The notes beneath the pieces are model-generated. The model saw only the letters and a program-made list of their open reading frames with translations, made no database searches and was not told the origin of the DNA. 64,000 bases of DNA from Nitrosopumilaceae archaeon (GTDB lineage Archaea; Thermoproteota; Nitrososphaeria; Nitrososphaerales; Nitrosopumilaceae): NCBI GenBank assembly GCA_052389415.1, contig JBQTHX010000055.1:1-64000 (forward strand). Direction: 5' to 3'. Made by a program: the position numbers and the translations under genes. Numbering within the stretch: position 1 is the first letter of the stretch; each line of letters opens with the position of its first letter. Shown one piece after another: positions 10,913-20,193 of the stretch.

Positions 10913-11329
10913 TTACCAAATGTTTTTTCTCCCTGATTGATGTAATGCAAACGCAAATGATGCAAACATGATTCCTAAAAATGCAATAATTGGAAGTGTT
11001 GCAGACTTGGGAAGATTTAACAACGTGCTTCCCCATGCATACAGAAAAATAGACATCACATCAAAAACAACAAACATCAAAACATAAGCATAATACTGCA
11101 TCATGAAATGAGTTCTTCCTTCACCACTAGGAACTTGACCACACTCCATGGGCAAAAACTTGACAGGATTACTTCTTTTTCTTGGAGCAATCATTCTAGA
11201 AAGGATCAGGGCAGGGCCTGTTGCCACGATAGCAAATCCAAACATTAGCAATACGGGGCTAAAGCTACTAGCTACCTCTCCTACCAAAGTAGCTAAAAAG
11301 CCGGTCGGAGAGTATAAAAATCTATGCAC
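10913..11329 (-). CDS. nuoA: NADH-quinone oxidoreductase subunit A (true start probably slightly downstream)
   Basis: ECGQVP and FVVFDV motifs, 3 TM segments. Confidence 0.93.
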   Translation of the reverse strand: MHRFLYSPTGFLATLVGEVASSFSPVLLMFGFAIVATGPALILSRMIAPRKRSNPVKFLPMECGQVPSGEGRTHFMMQYYAYVLMFVVFDVMSIFLYAWGSTLLNLPKSATLPIIAFLGIMFASFAFALHQSGRKNIW

Positions 11330-11417
11330 AATTGTCGATCGTCTTTAACTAAAAATTCTATTCTTCTAATTTCAGAGTATCAACAATTCAGTTGTGATAT
11401 AAACCTGAAAAATACGT

Positions 11418-11558
11418 CTAATGGGAATGCCCACAACCACAGGAATCATGACCATGATCCATTTTTTGTGGATCTTTTTCCATACACCGAGAGCATTTGT
11501 CAGAACCAGTGGGCGAGAAGAATCCTATTCCACATGATATACATTTCATACTTGGCAT
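11418..11558 (-). CDS. Small Cys/His-rich metal-binding protein (46 aa; not in ORF track)
   Basis: Manual translation MPSMKCISCGIGFFSPTGSDKCSRCMEKDPQKMDHGHDSCGCGHSH: two CxxC plus a His/Cys tail. Confidence 0.8.
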   Translation of the reverse strand: MPSMKCISCGIGFFSPTGSDKCSRCMEKDPQKMDHGHDSCGCGHSH

Positions 11559-11638
11559 ATAATTACTCTATAAGACCAGTATTTATTCCATATACCAAGA
11601 AATAATGATTGATATACACCATATTCAAATTCAAAATC

Positions 11639-12106
11639 ATGACAATAAATGTTGGAGACATTGCTCCAAATTTCACTTTGGTTGATACAGATTTGAAGAT
11701 GAGAAGCCTTGATGAGTTTAGAGGGAAAAAAGTCGTATTATCCTTTTTTGTTGCTGCAAGCTCTTCTGTATGCACAAAAGAAATGTGTACTTTTCGGGAT
11801 TCTTGGGATCAGATCTCTAAATTAGGGGCGCAGGTTATTGGAATAAGTAAAGACGGACCATTTGCAAACAAGGCCTTTGCAGAAGCACATCATCTTAATT
11901 TTCCAATTCTTGGAGATTATAAGAGCCAGACAATACGTGATTATGACATACTTATGCCAGATCTTTTACATGTCAAGGGATATGATGCAGCAAAGCGTTC
12001 AGTATTTATCGTTGATGAGAATGGTAAAGTAGTTTACAAATGGGTTTCTGATAATCCTTTAATTGAACCAGACTATCAAGAGATAATGAATTTTCTACAG
12101 AGATAG
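11639..12106 (+). CDS. Peroxiredoxin (Bcp/PrxQ-like)
   Basis: GDIAPNFTL, VCTKEMC and KRSVFIVD; start placed at ATG 11639. Confidence 0.9.
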   Translation: MTINVGDIAPNFTLVDTDLKMRSLDEFRGKKVVLSFFVAASSSVCTKEMCTFRDSWDQISKLGAQVIGISKDGPFANKAFAEAHHLNFPILGDYKSQTIRDYDILMPDLLHVKGYDAAKRSVFIVDENGKVVYKWVSDNPLIEPDYQEIMNFLQR

Positions 12107-12118
12107 ACGAAATAATTT

Positions 12119-12631
12119 CTATTCTATTTCCAGTAGAATATCGTTTTTTGCAACCGATGCACCTTGTTTTATTTTTATAGATTTTATTGAACCATCTTTA
12201 TGCGATTTAATTGATACCTGCATCTTCATAGATTCCAAGACACATAATACATCTCCTTTCTTGACTTTATCACCTAAATTTGTGTTGATAGATACAACCC
12301 TTCCAGGAATCTGACTTCGTAAGCTTATTTGAGAATCACCTCCGCTCTCAACACCAGAATTCTTGTATACTATTTTATCTAGTTCAGAGTGTTTATCAAA
12401 TGTGATCTGTAAACCATCTACTACAACTGTCATTTTGGCTGTATTGTTATCAAGATATTTTGCTACATGATATTGGTTATCCAGCATGAATTCTATTTTG
12501 TTAGAAGTCACATTTAGAATCTTGAGATTTCGCTCCCTTTCTTGTATTTTTATTATATATTCTGAATTCCCAAGACTCTGCAAAATTTCAGCATTCAATT
12601 TGCTTCCTATATTTTCTATTTTAAATTCCAT
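12119..12631 (-). CDS. accB: Biotin carboxyl carrier protein of acetyl/propionyl-CoA carboxylase
   Basis: ESMKM biotinylation motif; in operon with accC and pccB. Confidence 0.93.
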   Translation of the reverse strand: MEFKIENIGSKLNAEILQSLGNSEYIIKIQERERNLKILNVTSNKIEFMLDNQYHVAKYLDNNTAKMTVVVDGLQITFDKHSELDKIVYKNSGVESGGDSQISLRSQIPGRVVSINTNLGDKVKKGDVLCVLESMKMQVSIKSHKDGSIKSIKIKQGASVAKNDILLEIE

Positions 12632-12633
12632 TT

Positions 12634-14127
12634 CTATGCCTTGTCCAGTTGGGTTTTCCAACGAACTGTATTTTCTGTATGTGGTTTAACTCTGCTTTTT
12701 AGAAACTCAGAATGCATTATTGCAGCTGCAAGCGCAACATCAGTTTTTGCCAAGATTTCTTTTTTAATGTCCTCGCTAAGTCGATCTAAAATTCCGTATC
12801 GCTTCAAAAAGTCAGTAGACAGCTGTCCTTTTTTATATTCTTCAGTCTTTAGAATCGTTTTGTAAAGGGGAATTGATGTTTCTACTCCTTGGATGTAAAA
12901 ATCCTCTAATGCATTTAGCATTCGTAATCTTGATTCATCAAAGGTTTGTCCCCATGTACAGAGTTTTGCCATTAATGAATCGTAAAATGGTGAAACTGAA
13001 CATCCAGGATAAAGGTAAGAATCACAACGAACTCCCGGGCCTGAGGGTATTGTTACATCTGGAATGTATCCTGTTGAGGGTGCAAAGTCCAAAAATGTGT
13101 CTTCAGCATTAATTCTACACTCAATTGCATATCCATTCATTTTTAGATCTTTTTGTTTGAACGGCAATGGCTCACCATTTGCAATATCAATTTGTAATTT
13201 GACAAGATCTAAACCAGTTACAAGTTCTGTAATTGGGTGTTCTACTTGTAATCTAGCATTTATTTCTATAAAATAGAAATCACCATCTTTAGTTCTGAGG
13301 AATTCGGCAGTGCCAAGATTAGTATAATCAACTGCCTCAGCGGCCTTGACTACCAATTCTCCAATCCTATCTCTAGTTTTTTGATCTACAACTGGCGAAG
13401 GAGTTTGCTCAATAAGTTTTTGGTTTCTTCTTTGGATCGAACATTCTCGTTCAAAGGTATGAACTCCATTACCATGTTTATCTCGTGCTAATTGATATTC
13501 AATATGTCTAATTTGTTCAAGAAACTTTTCAACCAAAATTGCAGATTTCCCAAAAGCAGCCATTGATTCTCCTGTAGCAGATTCATAATTTTCTTTTAAT
13601 TCAGCATCATTGTGAACAAGTCTAATTCCTCTTCCGCCGCCTCCGTAAACTGATTTTAAAAGAACTGGGTATTTTATCTCGTTTGCAATTTTCAATGCCT
13701 CATCAGCGTCCTTAACAACATCTGGACTCCCTGGAACAATTGGAACTTTAGCTTTTAACATTGCTTCCTTGCAACGCATCTTGTCTCCACAAAGCTCCAT
13801 TGAATCTGCAGAAGTGCCAATGAAATTAATTTTATTATTCTCACATAGTCTTGCAAAATCGGGATTTTCAGAAAGAAATCCATATCCTGGATGAACCGCA
13901 TCAGCCCCTGAAGCTAAAATTGTATCTAAAATTTTTTCTTGATTTAGATAACTTTTTTTTGGAGCACCTTCTCCAATATGATAAGCTTCAGTTGCCTGTT
14001 TTACATGAAGTGAGTTTACATCTTCATCAGAATAAACTGCGACGGTTTTGATTCCTAATGATTTACATGTTCTAATTACTCGAAGAGCGATTTCTCCCCG
14101 GTTTGCTATTAGAATCTTTTCAATCAT
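12634..14127 (-). CDS. accC: Biotin carboxylase subunit
   Basis: ANRGEIA, HPGYGFLSEN, GGGGRG and EINARLQVEH motifs. Confidence 0.97.
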   Translation of the reverse strand: MIEKILIANRGEIALRVIRTCKSLGIKTVAVYSDEDVNSLHVKQATEAYHIGEGAPKKSYLNQEKILDTILASGADAVHPGYGFLSENPDFARLCENNKINFIGTSADSMELCGDKMRCKEAMLKAKVPIVPGSPDVVKDADEALKIANEIKYPVLLKSVYGGGGRGIRLVHNDAELKENYESATGESMAAFGKSAILVEKFLEQIRHIEYQLARDKHGNGVHTFERECSIQRRNQKLIEQTPSPVVDQKTRDRIGELVVKAAEAVDYTNLGTAEFLRTKDGDFYFIEINARLQVEHPITELVTGLDLVKLQIDIANGEPLPFKQKDLKMNGYAIECRINAEDTFLDFAPSTGYIPDVTIPSGPGVRCDSYLYPGCSVSPFYDSLMAKLCTWGQTFDESRLRMLNALEDFYIQGVETSIPLYKTILKTEEYKKGQLSTDFLKRYGILDRLSEDIKKEILAKTDVALAAAIMHSEFLKSRVKPHTENTVRWKTQLDKA

Positions 14128-14133
14128 AGAAAA

Positions 14134-15681
14134 TCACAGGTTGATGTTTCCATGTTTTCGTGGGAGTCTTTTTTCTCGTTTGTTTGCAAGAGATTCTAGC
14201 GCTTTGATTATCATTGGTCTTGTTTCAGCAGGATCCAAAACTACATCAACAGTACCATACGATGCAGCAACATAAGGATTAGCAAACTTCTCAGTAAAGT
14301 TATCAACAAGTTGTTTTTTCAAAGCATCTGGATCCTTTGCAGCCGCAATTTCTTTTCTGTTCATTATTTTGACTGCTGCCTCAGAACCAAGCACAGCTAT
14401 CTGAGCTGTAGGCCAAGCATAATTCATGTCAGTTCCTAGGTTTTTGCTTGCCATTGCAATGTAGGCTCCACCATAAGCTTTTCCAATTATCACAGTTATC
14501 TTTGGCACCGTTGCTTCGCAGTATGCATACAAAAGCTTGCTTCCATGCCTAATTATTCCACTATGCTCCTGTTGTGTCCCAGGCATGTATCCTGGAGTAT
14601 CAACAAAAGTAACAATTGGTATGTTATAACAATCACAGAATCTGATGAATCTTGCTGCTTTATTTGACGAATCGATATCCAATGCACCAGCAAGTACCAT
14701 TGGTTGATTTGCTACAATTCCTACTGTTCTGCCATTCATCCTTCCAAATCCTACAATAATATTTGATGCAAATAATTCATGGATCTCAAAAAATACATGA
14801 TTGTCCAAAATTGAATGAATTATCTCTTTCATATCATATGGTTGAAGTGAATTTTCTGGTATGATGTTTATTAGATTATTATCCAATCTGTTTGGATCAT
14901 CATTTGTTTGAACAATAGGTGGTTCCTCAGTATTATTTTGTGGAATATATGATAACAAAGTTCTTACATAATCCATACATTGATACTCGTTTTTTGAAAC
15001 AAAATGTGCAACGCCGCTATTTTTTCCATGTGACATTGCACCACCAAGCTCATCAAATGATACTTCTTCTCCTAGAACAGTTTTTACAACCTCTGGTCCA
15101 GTAACAAACATTGTAGCCAATTTATCAACCATAATAACAAAATCTGTCATTGCCGGAGAGTAAACAGCCCCTCCAGCGGATGGACCAATACTGGCAGTGA
15201 TTTGTGGAATAACTCCTGATGCAAGTTGATTATGATAAAAAATATTTGCAAATCCGTCTAGGCTAAGAATTCCTTCTTGAATTCTTGCACCACCAGAATC
15301 AATTATACCAATTACTGGACATCCAACTTTCATTGCGTGTTCCATTACCTTAGTAATTTTTTTAGAACCCATTTCACTAAGAGTCCCTCCTAGAACGGTA
15401 AAATCGTAAGCAAATAGGAAAACTTGTCTTCCTGCTATCGTTCCATAACCCGTGATAACTCCATCACCAAAGAATTTTTTATCTTGCATCTCAAATTCGT
15501 GATAGTGGTGCGTTGTAAGAGCATCGATTTCTGTAAAACTACCTTCGTCAAGTAAGAGATCTATTCTCTCTCTTGCAGTTAACTTACCTTTGTCGTGTTG
15601 TGAGAGAATTCTATCCTCTCCACCACTCTGATTTGCTTCCCTCCTTTTTTGTAAAAAATTTTTTATTTTATCGGAGTGCAT
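14134..15681 (-). CDS. pccB: Acyl-CoA carboxylase carboxyltransferase subunit
   Basis: GKLTARERI, DSGGARIQEG, KAYGGAY, RKHGNINL. Confidence 0.95.
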   Translation of the reverse strand: MHSDKIKNFLQKRREANQSGGEDRILSQHDKGKLTARERIDLLLDEGSFTEIDALTTHHYHEFEMQDKKFFGDGVITGYGTIAGRQVFLFAYDFTVLGGTLSEMGSKKITKVMEHAMKVGCPVIGIIDSGGARIQEGILSLDGFANIFYHNQLASGVIPQITASIGPSAGGAVYSPAMTDFVIMVDKLATMFVTGPEVVKTVLGEEVSFDELGGAMSHGKNSGVAHFVSKNEYQCMDYVRTLLSYIPQNNTEEPPIVQTNDDPNRLDNNLINIIPENSLQPYDMKEIIHSILDNHVFFEIHELFASNIIVGFGRMNGRTVGIVANQPMVLAGALDIDSSNKAARFIRFCDCYNIPIVTFVDTPGYMPGTQQEHSGIIRHGSKLLYAYCEATVPKITVIIGKAYGGAYIAMASKNLGTDMNYAWPTAQIAVLGSEAAVKIMNRKEIAAAKDPDALKKQLVDNFTEKFANPYVAASYGTVDVVLDPAETRPMIIKALESLANKREKRLPRKHGNINL

Positions 15682-15826
15682 TGGTTTCAATTAAAAACAA
15701 ATTGTAGCCTATATTAATTTAATTAGATTTTTCCTAGGATTTCATTAGTCTGCCCTTGCTTGCATATCTTTTGTTTTGGGAGCTGGAGGGTAGAATCATC
15801 AAAAACATCAAATATTTTGGTACAGG

Positions 15827-16144
15827 TTAAATTTTGAGATTAAGAATAGGAAAATTTTTACTGACAGCTTTTTGATAGATTGTGAATGGATCATCCAAAT
15901 TACCGCATTTTTTGCATATACACAGTTGTGACACTCTTGCTGGATCACAATCATCCCTAAATTCACATTTAGAACAACCGGCAGATCCTCCACAGACAAG
16001 ACATCTAAGATCTACCACTTCTGCGCATGTAAGATGTTTTACTCCTATTCCCTTGGACCAAAATCCTATTTCGTTTATTTCAATTTTCTTTTTACATACT
16101 ACACATGTACCTGAAAATTTTAATGGTATTTTCTGCCAACTCAT
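15827..16144 (-). CDS. Multi-zinc-finger hypothetical protein
   Basis: 11 Cys plus His; ATGA overlap with the rfcL stop. Confidence 0.8.
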   Translation of the reverse strand: MSWQKIPLKFSGTCVVCKKKIEINEIGFWSKGIGVKHLTCAEVVDLRCLVCGGSAGCSKCEFRDDCDPARVSQLCICKKCGNLDDPFTIYQKAVSKNFPILNLKI

Positions 16145-17307
16145 TTTAATGCAGATATCTCCTTTTGCAGAATTTCATCATAAGTCTTATCAAGATTCAA
16201 GTCAAGAGTTTTGTTTTTCATACAAAATAAAAGATATGGAAAAAAGATTGTAGCAAAAGTGGATGTTGATACATGCGACTTTTTTGCGAGTATTGAGGTT
16301 ATACTCTTTATTGCTCTTCCATCCCATCTTATCCTGTTAAGAATTGGCCATGATAGATTAAACTTTGAATATCGTACAGCTGTGCCTCCATTGTATAAAC
16401 CAAGCAACACAGAATCCAGATATCGTAATAGTCTCCACTCCTGAGTTTTCATTATTTTTCCATAAATCAAATCTGCTTCAGAAATCACTTGAAGCATTCT
16501 TTGTTGATCATCTTTTGACAAATCACTTGTTATTATGCTAGCGTAAAAGGCCTGAATTTTTTCTCGCGGATCTATTCTTAACGAATAAAGAATAGCTCTT
16601 GCTTCATCGATAGATTTGGCCTTGAAGAAGGCGTTTATTGATTCCTCCACATCTACTAGTTGAAATGATTTTTCAGTTTGTGGTTCAAATCCAGTAACAA
16701 GAGATTGTGCAGAATTTATCATTGATCTAATGTCTCCTTTTGACGTTACTACTAGTCGAAGAAGAATCCCTGGACTTAGAGACGTTCCTTCTTTTTTTAG
16801 AATTGATTCTAAATACAATCTCATTAACCTTGGAGGTATAGGTTTAAGCAGAATTGTTTTTGTTGCTTTTTTTATGCTTTTCATTTTATCGGATTTGTCA
16901 GAATTTGCTGCAAGAACTATTGGTACCGTCGGTTCTTTAAGAATATCAAGAAGTGCTTCTACACCGCCAAAGTCAGATTTTCCATGAATACCATCTACCT
17001 CATCTACAAAAATCATGGGTTTCCCAAGAAGATTTGAATTTCCAAGTACTGGAGTAAGTAATTCTTGAATTCTTTGTTTGTTCCGAATGTCACTTGCATT
17101 AACTCCAATCATATCATATCCAAATTGTTTCGCGCAGAGAGTTGCAAGTGTAGTTTTTCCAGTGCCAGGCGGTCCCACTAATAAAATTGGTTTTATTCCT
17201 TTTATCCACTTGCCAAACCATTCCACAATCGAAACCTTTGCATCTTCATTTCCGATTAGTTCAAGAAAATTTTTTGGTTTATATTTTTCCGACCACATAT
17301 TAATCAC
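16141..17307 (-). CDS. rfcL: Replication factor C large subunit
   Basis: WSEKYKP, GPPGTGKT, NASD and DEVD motifs. Confidence 0.93.
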   Translation of the reverse strand: MINMWSEKYKPKNFLELIGNEDAKVSIVEWFGKWIKGIKPILLVGPPGTGKTTLATLCAKQFGYDMIGVNASDIRNKQRIQELLTPVLGNSNLLGKPMIFVDEVDGIHGKSDFGGVEALLDILKEPTVPIVLAANSDKSDKMKSIKKATKTILLKPIPPRLMRLYLESILKKEGTSLSPGILLRLVVTSKGDIRSMINSAQSLVTGFEPQTEKSFQLVDVEESINAFFKAKSIDEARAILYSLRIDPREKIQAFYASIITSDLSKDDQQRMLQVISEADLIYGKIMKTQEWRLLRYLDSVLLGLYNGGTAVRYSKFNLSWPILNRIRWDGRAIKSITSILAKKSHVSTSTFATIFFPYLLFCMKNKTLDLNLDKTYDEILQKEISALK

Positions 17308-18422
17308 TTTGGCAGCTTAGCAGCAAATTCTGACCAAAGATTTTCTTTTTGGAGTTGATTGAACCAGAAGAGATTGTAATGTTCAACTGTGAGAAATAAG
17401 AATTCCAGAAAGTTTTTGTGTGAAAAGTTTTCTGGCAATAATTCAAGTGCAAGCTTTGCTTCATTGAGATATAGATTGCTTTTCGCTATTGTAAGCTCAA
17501 AGCCTTTTTTTATATCACCAGTCAGAAGACTGTAGTAAAGTGGCCAAGATGGAATTTTGATGAATTTATATTTGATAGAATCTTCAATCTCATTTCCACA
17601 TCCAACTGATTCGGCTGCTTTTGCCATGCCAAGATGAAATATCTCTCCGAGTGGTGTTCTGTTCAAGGCCATGTTTCTTCCTGCAGTACCCATAACTGCT
17701 CTGTATTTTTTATAACATTGCATCATTTCTTCTTCAGATATGTTAGTAGGTTTTGTCTTTAATTTGAAATCAAGATATTGACCAATTCTCGCATCTTTGA
17801 ATCCATGTTCAAATGTTTCAAGAACTTGGTTGCCCCCCTTTGCTATTTTGGTTCTTGCTAGATTTAGCAAATATGGATTCATGAGTTTATAGTCATTCAG
17901 ATATTCTAAATCTTCATCTTTGTCCATGATTCTGTCCATTGGTTCACTCAAATCTATTGCTATGATATGGCCATCTATCACATTAGTTCTCAATTCCGAA
18001 TCTTGTTTATCACCAAAGTATTCTGAAGATGCATCATATAATGCACTAAATACAGGTAATGTCATCTTAACAAAATTTGAGTTTAAGATTCTTGAAACCC
18101 TATCCTTTAGTATATCATGAATTTCAAGCCTAGTTTTTACTGTGGTTATTTGCTGTCGATCTAACATTATTTCACTAGAGCCAATTTCTTGTGCAAATTT
18201 TTCTTGTGTTGTAATGGGTGATGTGTCAGATTTAATTTCTTTTAATAAATCACTGGTGAATCGGTTTACAAAGTTTGAAAATTCTTCTTCTGATTCTTTT
18301 TTGTATTTGTCGAATTGCCTATAACCCTTGCTTTTGAATAGAGCCTGCTTTACGATTTCCTTACCAGGTTTTGTGCCCAAAAGTGCATCTTTGCTAAAGA
18401 CTGATTCATCTTTACTACTCAC
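17304..18422 (-). CDS. Hypothetical protein, probable degenerate class-I isoprenoid synthase fold
   Basis: 372-aa ORF; DRIMD, GQYLD and GNEIED spaced like prenyltransferase regions (alignment by eye). Confidence 0.6.
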   Translation of the reverse strand: MSSKDESVFSKDALLGTKPGKEIVKQALFKSKGYRQFDKYKKESEEEFSNFVNRFTSDLLKEIKSDTSPITTQEKFAQEIGSSEIMLDRQQITTVKTRLEIHDILKDRVSRILNSNFVKMTLPVFSALYDASSEYFGDKQDSELRTNVIDGHIIAIDLSEPMDRIMDKDEDLEYLNDYKLMNPYLLNLARTKIAKGGNQVLETFEHGFKDARIGQYLDFKLKTKPTNISEEEMMQCYKKYRAVMGTAGRNMALNRTPLGEIFHLGMAKAAESVGCGNEIEDSIKYKFIKIPSWPLYYSLLTGDIKKGFELTIAKSNLYLNEAKLALELLPENFSHKNFLEFLFLTVEHYNLFWFNQLQKENLWSEFAAKLPK

Positions 18423-18507
18423 ATAATGGCAAATCTTGTTTTATTATTTATGCATTGAGTTACTGTGAAATTATTTGGAATAAATTAGGACGCAAGATAA
18501 GACCATT

Positions 18508-19314
18508 ATGGAAGTTATTGACGTTTTGCTGGAAGCATCTAAACGAGTCTATGACAATGTGAAACATCTTGCGGGCACAAAAGAGTCTGGAGGAGACTAT
18601 GGTCTTGGAGCAGGGGGAGACATTTCAAGAAAAATAGACATCGTTGCAGAAAAGACAGTTCTTGATTATCTAAAAGAAATAAATTTTGATTGCATAGTGC
18701 TTGGCGAAGAATGTGGTAAAATTGAGCTTTCAAAAAACCCACAGGGCTTCATAATAATGGATGCTGTAGATGGTTCCACTAATGCTGTAAGAGGGTTACC
18801 GTTTTTTTGTTGTTCGCTTGCATTTGCCAGAAACAATAAACTTAGTTCTGTTACAGATGGAGTAGTAAGAGATCTTTCAAGAGGGGATGCATATCACGCA
18901 ACTAAAGGAAAGGGTGCATTTCTAAATGGAGAAAAAATTTCCGTATGTGATAATAAAAATCAAATTTATTTTGTTTTAGGTCTTGACATATCTGGGATTT
19001 CACCTAAAGTACTTCAGGCACTATCACCAATAATTGCATCCTCAAACCATATCAGACACTTTGGTGCAAACGCATTAGAATTTGGAATGTTGGCTAGAGG
19101 CCTTATTGATGTGTTTGTTGATTTGCGAGATAAAATAAGAGTTACTGACATCGCCGCTGGTCTTTTGATTGCGTTGGAAGCTGGAGGAATGGTTGTCGAT
19201 AAGAATGGAACGCCTCTTGATTCTGATCTAGGTTATGATAACAAGCTTTCATTTATTGCATCTTCAAATAAAAAAACTCTAGATGACATAATAAACAGAA
19301 TACAACATATTTAG
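18508..19314 (+). CDS. suhB: Inositol monophosphatase / fructose-1,6-bisphosphatase
   Basis: GEE, DAVDGSTN and DIAAG motifs. Confidence 0.9.
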   Translation: MEVIDVLLEASKRVYDNVKHLAGTKESGGDYGLGAGGDISRKIDIVAEKTVLDYLKEINFDCIVLGEECGKIELSKNPQGFIIMDAVDGSTNAVRGLPFFCCSLAFARNNKLSSVTDGVVRDLSRGDAYHATKGKGAFLNGEKISVCDNKNQIYFVLGLDISGISPKVLQALSPIIASSNHIRHFGANALEFGMLARGLIDVFVDLRDKIRVTDIAAGLLIALEAGGMVVDKNGTPLDSDLGYDNKLSFIASSNKKTLDDIINRIQHI

Positions 19315-19355
19315 TTAAGATAATGGTGTTGTTTCTAATTTTTAAATAAAGATAA

Positions 19356-19464
19356 TGGCGCCCTTGGCGGGATTTGAACACGCGTCGAGGCCGTGACAGG
19401 GCCCCATTCTAGACCGGGTTATACGAGAGATGGATTTCTCCATACCCCACTATACTACAAGGGC
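19356..19464 (-). tRNA. tRNA-Asp(GTC) with 31-nt intron at position 15/16 (19419-19449); CCA encoded
   Basis: Acceptor GCCCTTG/CAAGGGC, anticodon loop CTGTCAC; removing the intron restores D-arm GTATAGCCCGG; BHB-like fold. Confidence 0.92.
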
Positions 19465-19563
19465 GTCGAAGTAAGCTGGACAAAAATCTGAGTTTAAAGG
19501 TTTCTATTAAATCAAAAAATTTTGTAAAAGACTAAATTATACACAACTATCAGACTTCGCATT

Positions 19564-19637
19564 GGGTTCGTAGCTCAGCCAGGTAGAGTACCGGACTTTT
19601 AATCCGGCTGTCCGGGGTCCGAATCCCCGCGAACCCG
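19564..19637 (+). tRNA. tRNA-Lys(TTT)
   Basis: GGGTTCG/CGAACCC acceptor, CCGGA-CTTTTAA-TCCGG anticodon arm. Confidence 0.93.
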
Positions 19638-19843
19638 CTAATTTTTTATCACGTACAATAAATGAATATCGACTATCTAATTTCTAACTGATTTTACGAA
19701 AAAACATAGAATTGACATTATAAAATACCTATACGCTCAAAAAATAATTAAATGGCTCTACCCACGTTCTAGTTGATCCCTACTGAATCCATAGGCATGA
19801 ATTACATCTGAATCAGTAATACAAAAATAAAAAAGAGGACTAA

Positions 19844-20053
19844 CTAACTTAGGTTCAGTTCTGGGAATTCTGCTTGTTTTACTCCCAAATCATGTTCGAG
19901 CGTTCTAATCTTTTTAGCGTATTCAGTCATTTTTGCGGTATCAGACTGCACTTTAGCAATCTTGTAGCCTCGCCACGCTTTCTTTAGTGCTCCCCATGTT
20001 TGACCCGTTGTGTAGTTAGTTTTTTCGGTTTGCGGGTGTACGAATTGAAACAT
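19844..20053 (-). CDS. Small hypothetical protein
   Basis: 69-aa ORF with ATG start and natural-looking helical composition, in a gap between genes. Confidence 0.75.
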   Translation of the reverse strand: MFQFVHPQTEKTNYTTGQTWGALKKAWRGYKIAKVQSDTAKMTEYAKKIRTLEHDLGVKQAEFPELNLS

Positions 20054-20193
20054 ACTGCATACCTCATTACGAGAATTTTTTATCTAGAGGTATGTGAATC
20101 AAAATCAATGGAAAAGTCAAGATTACTACATCAAAATCTAACTTTTATAGAGTGATTTTGGTAGAAATTGTCAACTAATCCTATATTCATAAA

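Noticed and set aside
11324-11605. 93-aa plus-strand ORF
   Set aside because: Antisense shadow of the more convincing 46-aa Cys/His ORF
19750-19816. Possible box C/D sRNA (two CTGA motifs)
   Set aside because: No credible C or C' boxes at the right spacing
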